Of a stretch of DNA of 12,353 nucleotides, positions 8,754-12,353 are shown in pieces. The stretch lies in the NCBI GenBank assembly GCA_049423385.1, contig JBMSQQ010000099.1:1-12353 (forward strand), written 5' to 3'. The translations under genes and the position numbers were made by a program. Numbering within the stretch: the first letter of the stretch is position 1; each line of letters starts with the position of its first letter. The stretch is from Silvanigrellaceae bacterium. GTDB lineage: Bacteria; Bdellovibrionota_B; Oligoflexia; Silvanigrellales; Silvanigrellaceae. The notes beneath the pieces were generated by a model, which did no database searches, had not been told where the DNA came from, and worked only from the letters and a program-made list of their open reading frames with translations.

Positions 8754-9832
8754 ATGGTCTCCTGCGACTCTTCTTCACTGGCCCGATTGTTGAACTGAAT
8801 CAACAACTCGGACAAGGAACGGGAGGTCTCTGCGGTAAAATTGATGAATGACACGCCATGCCAATTCATTTGACCAACGATTTCAACCCATCTGACCTCG
8901 CAGGTCACGTTGGAAAGGCCTTTGCTCACCAACAACGAGTTCCAATCCTCTCGACCTGAAGTGATGGTGACGTTGATTTGTTCCTTTCGGGCAAATGCAG
9001 ACGGGAACTCGAGGCAAAACCCATTTTCCGAAAAATCCACAACCCGGCCTGAAAGTCCTTCACGTGTGACTGCATTGAGCGGCACATGACACAACCATGG
9101 AATACGAGGAGAAGCGCGCTTTGAGCCGGTTCGCACCAGGCGAAGAGCGCCTTTCAGAAGCTCCGCATCATTTCCAAATGGATTGCAATCCCATGCTTCA
9201 AACAAACCTGCCTGATGCTTCATCTGAAGGTAACGACGCCCCCAGAGTGCACTGACTCCGAAATCCAGCGGTTTGCCGTGATCATCTATAATGGTTTTGA
9301 CCTTGGGGCTCACCAAAACCCGAAAAATATCGGCTGCACTTTCCAGACGCTTTGAGAGGTTGACGGTCTCACCAATCAGCGTCACATCCGGATGCACATC
9401 ATCGGCGAGACTCAAATCCCCCATCAAAACAGGGCCGGCATTGATGCCGATGCGCACAGGCAGAGCGTGCCATCTTTTATGGTCCTTTTCATTGGGCGAC
9501 GTTTCAGAATCAAGAAAGCGCTTGGCCAATTCACGTTGAATTTGGATGGCGGCAGCAATGGCCGACATGGATGCCTCGGCAAGATAACTTTCCTCGTGTT
9601 CGCGAGTGCTGTCGTAAAAGTAACACAAAAGACCGTCGCCCAGTGTCTTGTTGACTTGTCCATGATGCGAACGAACAATCTCAGCGATGCGGCGCAGGCA
9701 CAGCCTGAGTTCAGAAAAAACAGTCGCGACGGATTTTTTCCCGGAAATTCGTGAAAAACCCTCGACATCGACAAACATGACCACCGCCTTGATCTCGCGC
9801 GGTTCGATTCCAAGCTGGGTTATATTCGTCAT
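8750..9832 (-). CDS. Class III adenylate cyclase fused to a C-terminal PilZ domain
   Basis: Cyclase motifs VMFVDVEGFS, NKTLGDG, VRIGINAGPV, DVTLIGETVNLSKRLES. PilZ motifs RASPR (9104-9118) and DFSENG (9020-9037) 22 residues apart, then CEVRW and HGVSF. No transmembrane segment seen. Confidence 0.9.
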   Translation of the reverse strand: MTNITQLGIEPREIKAVVMFVDVEGFSRISGKKSVATVFSELRLCLRRIAEIVRSHHGQVNKTLGDGLLCYFYDSTREHEESYLAEASMSAIAAAIQIQRELAKRFLDSETSPNEKDHKRWHALPVRIGINAGPVLMGDLSLADDVHPDVTLIGETVNLSKRLESAADIFRVLVSPKVKTIIDDHGKPLDFGVSALWGRRYLQMKHQAGLFEAWDCNPFGNDAELLKGALRLVRTGSKRASPRIPWLCHVPLNAVTREGLSGRVVDFSENGFCLEFPSAFARKEQINVTITSGREDWNSLLVSKGLSNVTCEVRWVEIVGQMNWHGVSFINFTAETSRSLSELLIQFNNRASEEESQETI

Positions 9833-9835
9833 AAA

Positions 9836-9877
9836 GGGCTCCCTGGAGTTGCTACCATGCTACTGCCCGGGGAGCCC
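9836..9877 (-). promoter_or_regulatory. GC-rich inverted repeat covering the cyclase SD sequence
   Basis: Arms gggctccctgg (9836-9846) and ccggggagccc (9867-9877). On the minus-strand RNA the 3' arm CCAGGGAGCCC contains GGGAG and is followed by UUU-AUG (start at 9832). Confidence 0.65.
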
Positions 9878-9903
9878 AATTTGCAATCAACGAAAACGAT
9901 TGA

Positions 9904-10725
9904 TTACTGACGGATTTTGCTGCGCAGTTGTTTGAGTTTGGCAGCCGCCTCAAGATGCCGAGATTCAAGATCGGCAAGATGTTTTTCGGCCTTCCCTGGA
10001 TCTTCCGAACTGGTGAGAAGCAAACCCAGATGCCCTTCCATTTCATTCAGCTGAAGCTGCTGGCGCGAAAGAATCTTGGCGGCCTTGAAAAGATCGCTGT
10101 CTGCAACCGAATTTTCGGCAGCAGGAACAGGCGCAACCTTGCTGCTGCTGTTGGCTGTCGAGGAGTCGCTTGCCGACGAAAGTTCAGGCTTCGCTGCAAC
10201 AACGTTTGCCGATGCCACTGCATTGACTGGAGACGTTTGAGCTTGCTCCTGTGCAAGCCCCTGGGTCGGCGAGGCTTGAACAAGATCGTTCGTCACTGTG
10301 CTTTGTGACGACTCGTTGGAGCCCATCTGGGATTGCAAAGCAGGCTCATCCGATGTGGACTTGCTGGTTGCTTTGGTCGAATCCGACAACGACAAGATTG
10401 TGCGAATTGTTTCAACTTCAGGCGAGTCGGATGTGAGCCGCCCGGTTCCAATAGCGAACCAGAGAGAACCCAAAATCGTCAGCAGGAATCCGCGCATCAG
10501 CCAACGTCCGGGTCCAACGCGGGAGCTTCGGAAATTGTCAGTAGCCTCTGCAAACTGGCTCATCGCATAGTCAAACCTGCTCTTGGCATTTTTGCTCGTG
10601 GCCCGCGACGAACCTGCGAGAATGGAATTTTGTGGCAACGACAACGGAACCACATTGGATTTGATGTTCTTGTCGTTGTTTCTGATCTCGTCAGGGCCAA
10701 AAGACATGGGAAATTGAGAGTTCAT
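9904..10725 (-). CDS. Hypothetical bitopic membrane protein with Ser/Thr/Ala/Gln-rich linker and helical C-terminal domain
   Basis: 273 aa from ATG 10725 (GGAGG at 10739-10735). One hydrophobic segment WLMRGFLLTILGSLWFAIG (about 10447-10503), a low-complexity middle, and a heptad-like C-terminus (LSRQQLQLNEMEGHL...LADLESRHLEAAAKLKQLR). No family recognised. Confidence 0.75.
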   Translation of the reverse strand: MNSQFPMSFGPDEIRNNDKNIKSNVVPLSLPQNSILAGSSRATSKNAKSRFDYAMSQFAEATDNFRSSRVGPGRWLMRGFLLTILGSLWFAIGTGRLTSDSPEVETIRTILSLSDSTKATSKSTSDEPALQSQMGSNESSQSTVTNDLVQASPTQGLAQEQAQTSPVNAVASANVVAAKPELSSASDSSTANSSSKVAPVPAAENSVADSDLFKAAKILSRQQLQLNEMEGHLGLLLTSSEDPGKAEKHLADLESRHLEAAAKLKQLRSKIRQ

Positions 10726-10750
10726 GGCACAGGTCCTCCGAGGCCATGCT

Positions 10751-10767
10751 TGCAAAATCCGTGCCAG
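10751..10767 (-). promoter_or_regulatory. Sigma54 (RpoN) -24/-12 promoter
   Basis: Minus strand CTGGCACGGATTTTGCA matches YTGGCACGRNNNTTGCW with exact GG-N10-GC spacing. Predicted +1 near 10740, just before the SD of 9904..10725. Confidence 0.8.
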
Positions 10768-10908
10768 AAACACGCCTTGCCAATAAACCGCAAATATTCA
10801 TAAACATTGAGGTTTAATTCAAAAACCAAACCCAATCCGCGAAAAACTCGGAAGAAGTGGGTAAACAGTGTAAAGAAATTGTTCAGTCGAGCAGCAGGGG
10901 AATCCGAG

Positions 10909-11226
10909 ATGCAGCCCAGGATGAAAACACAAATCGAAGAGTTGATCAGCCGACACATTGAACCCGAACACTTCGAGGTCACCGACGAAAGCTGGCAGCA
11001 TGGCGGAGGCCCGGAGGCACAAAGTCATTTCAAAATCGTCGTTGTTTCAAACCGATTCGTTGGACAAAAATTGCTGGCGCGACACAGGGTCGTACAAGCC
11101 ATTCTTGCCGACATTGTTGCGCAGGTCAGGGCGATTTCGCTGCACACCCTCACGCCGGAAGAATGGCAAAACGCAGCAGAGAACAACGTGAACTTCCGCT
11201 CACCGGGATGCCACAACAAAATGTAG
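10909..11226 (+). CDS. bolA: BolA family protein
   Basis: EVTDESWQH, SHFKIVVVSNRFVG, ARHRVV, LHTLTPEEW and SPGC follow E. coli BolA. Start set at ATG 10909 (AGGGGA upstream); ATG 10921 is an alternative. Confidence 0.93.
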   Translation: MQPRMKTQIEELISRHIEPEHFEVTDESWQHGGGPEAQSHFKIVVVSNRFVGQKLLARHRVVQAILADIVAQVRAISLHTLTPEEWQNAAENNVNFRSPGCHNKM

Positions 11227-11251
11227 GTCGTGGTTGCGATGCCTCGATGAC

Positions 11252-11620
11252 TCACTTCATTCGTGACGTCAATGCACCCTTCTCATGTTCGGCAACCATG
11301 TCCGAATTTCCGCCAATCAAAACACCGTTGACAAAAATCATCGGGAATGTCGAAAATCCCGTCCACATCTTCAACGTCACTCGTTCATTGTACTGACTGA
11401 AATAGCTTCCAAACTCGAGATATTGAAATGGAATGTTCCAGCGGGTGAGATTCTTGATTGCCTTCTTGACGAAGTAGTTCCCTCGCATGCCAACAACCAC
11501 AACCTTGTTTTTTTGAATCTCCTGCTCCACTTTTTCGACAACTTCCGGATGAAATTTTTCAAGTGACGTTTTCAGTTCAGAAGAAACTCGATCGGCGGGA
11601 AGAACTTTTCTGAATGACAT
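11252..11620 (-). CDS. Glutaredoxin-fold protein lacking any cysteine
   Basis: NKVVVVG, LKMWTGFSTFPMIFVNGVLIGGNSD and KGAL match the monothiol Grx C-terminal half (TFP cis-Pro, GG kink). The active-site position reads GMRGNYF. SD-like GAGGG upstream. Confidence 0.88.
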   Translation of the reverse strand: MSFRKVLPADRVSSELKTSLEKFHPEVVEKVEQEIQKNKVVVVGMRGNYFVKKAIKNLTRWNIPFQYLEFGSYFSQYNERVTLKMWTGFSTFPMIFVNGVLIGGNSDMVAEHEKGALTSRMK

Positions 11621-11647
11621 TGCAGGTACCCTCAGAATTGAAAAAGC

Positions 11648-11687
11648 AAAAAAAAACCTCCGAGACGCGCCCGGAGGTTTTCTTTTT
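11648..11687 (-). terminator. Intrinsic terminator after tRNA-Ile (possibly bidirectional)
   Basis: Minus-strand RNA CCUCCGGG-CGCGU-CUCGGAGG followed by U9 (A-run 11648-11656). The plus strand has TTTTCTTTTT after the same stem. Confidence 0.9.
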
Positions 11688-11692
11688 GAAGA

Positions 11693-11769
11693 TGGTGGGT
11701 CTGGGCTGAGTTGAACAGCCGACCTCGTGCTTATCAGGCACGCGCTCTAACCACCTGAGCTACAGACCC
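11693..11769 (-). tRNA. tRNA-Ile (anticodon GAT), CCA encoded
   Basis: GGGTCTG TA GCTC AGGTGGTTA GAGC G CGTGC CTGATAA GCACG AGGTC GGCTG TTCAACT CAGCC CAGACCC ACCA; 77 nt, all four stems pair. Confidence 0.98.

Positions 11770-12353
<584 letters not shown>

Noticed and set aside
9833..9903. GEMM-I (c-di-GMP/cGAMP) riboswitch upstream of the cyclase
   Set aside because: No GEMM-type GCAAA/GNRA tetraloop-receptor two-hairpin layout is visible; kept only as a generic hairpin.
10100..10400. Ser/Ala/Thr-rich low-complexity stretch as a possible repeat array
   Set aside because: No regular nucleotide repeat unit or spacer structure; explained as a protein linker.
7275..10725. Anti-phage Pycsar/CBASS reading of cyclases plus a membrane protein
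   Set aside because: The cyclase has ATP-type specificity residues, the synthase is GGDEF rather than CD-NTase, no cNMP-binding, TIR, SAVED or nuclease effector is recognisable, and the context is housekeeping.

Overview
Bacterial core-genome window with no mobile element or CRISPR array seen. Minus strand, left: class II CPD photolyase, a signal-peptide-bearing GH1 enzyme strongly resembling plant SFR2, and oligoendopeptidase F (truncated at the left edge). Plus strand, middle: aroC, a probable holA and a REC-GGDEF protein with the Hypr/GacA Asp-to-Ser signature (candidate 3',3'-cGAMP synthase). That gene overlaps tail-to-tail by 4 nt with a class III adenylate cyclase-PilZ fusion, which lies downstream of a consensus sigma54 promoter, an unknown bitopic membrane protein and an SD-occluding hairpin. 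Right: convergent BolA (conserved His replaced by Arg) and a cysteine-free glutaredoxin, then the 3' end of a minus-strand 16S rRNA, tRNA-Ile(GAT) and a strong terminator with no 23S gene following. Best candidate new system: a cGAMP/c-di-GMP-to-cAMP relay (Hypr GGDEF plus cyclase-PilZ). Gene content tentatively suggests a Bdellovibrionota/deltaproteobacteria-like host (inference). All family calls are motif recognition from memory; no database searches were run.
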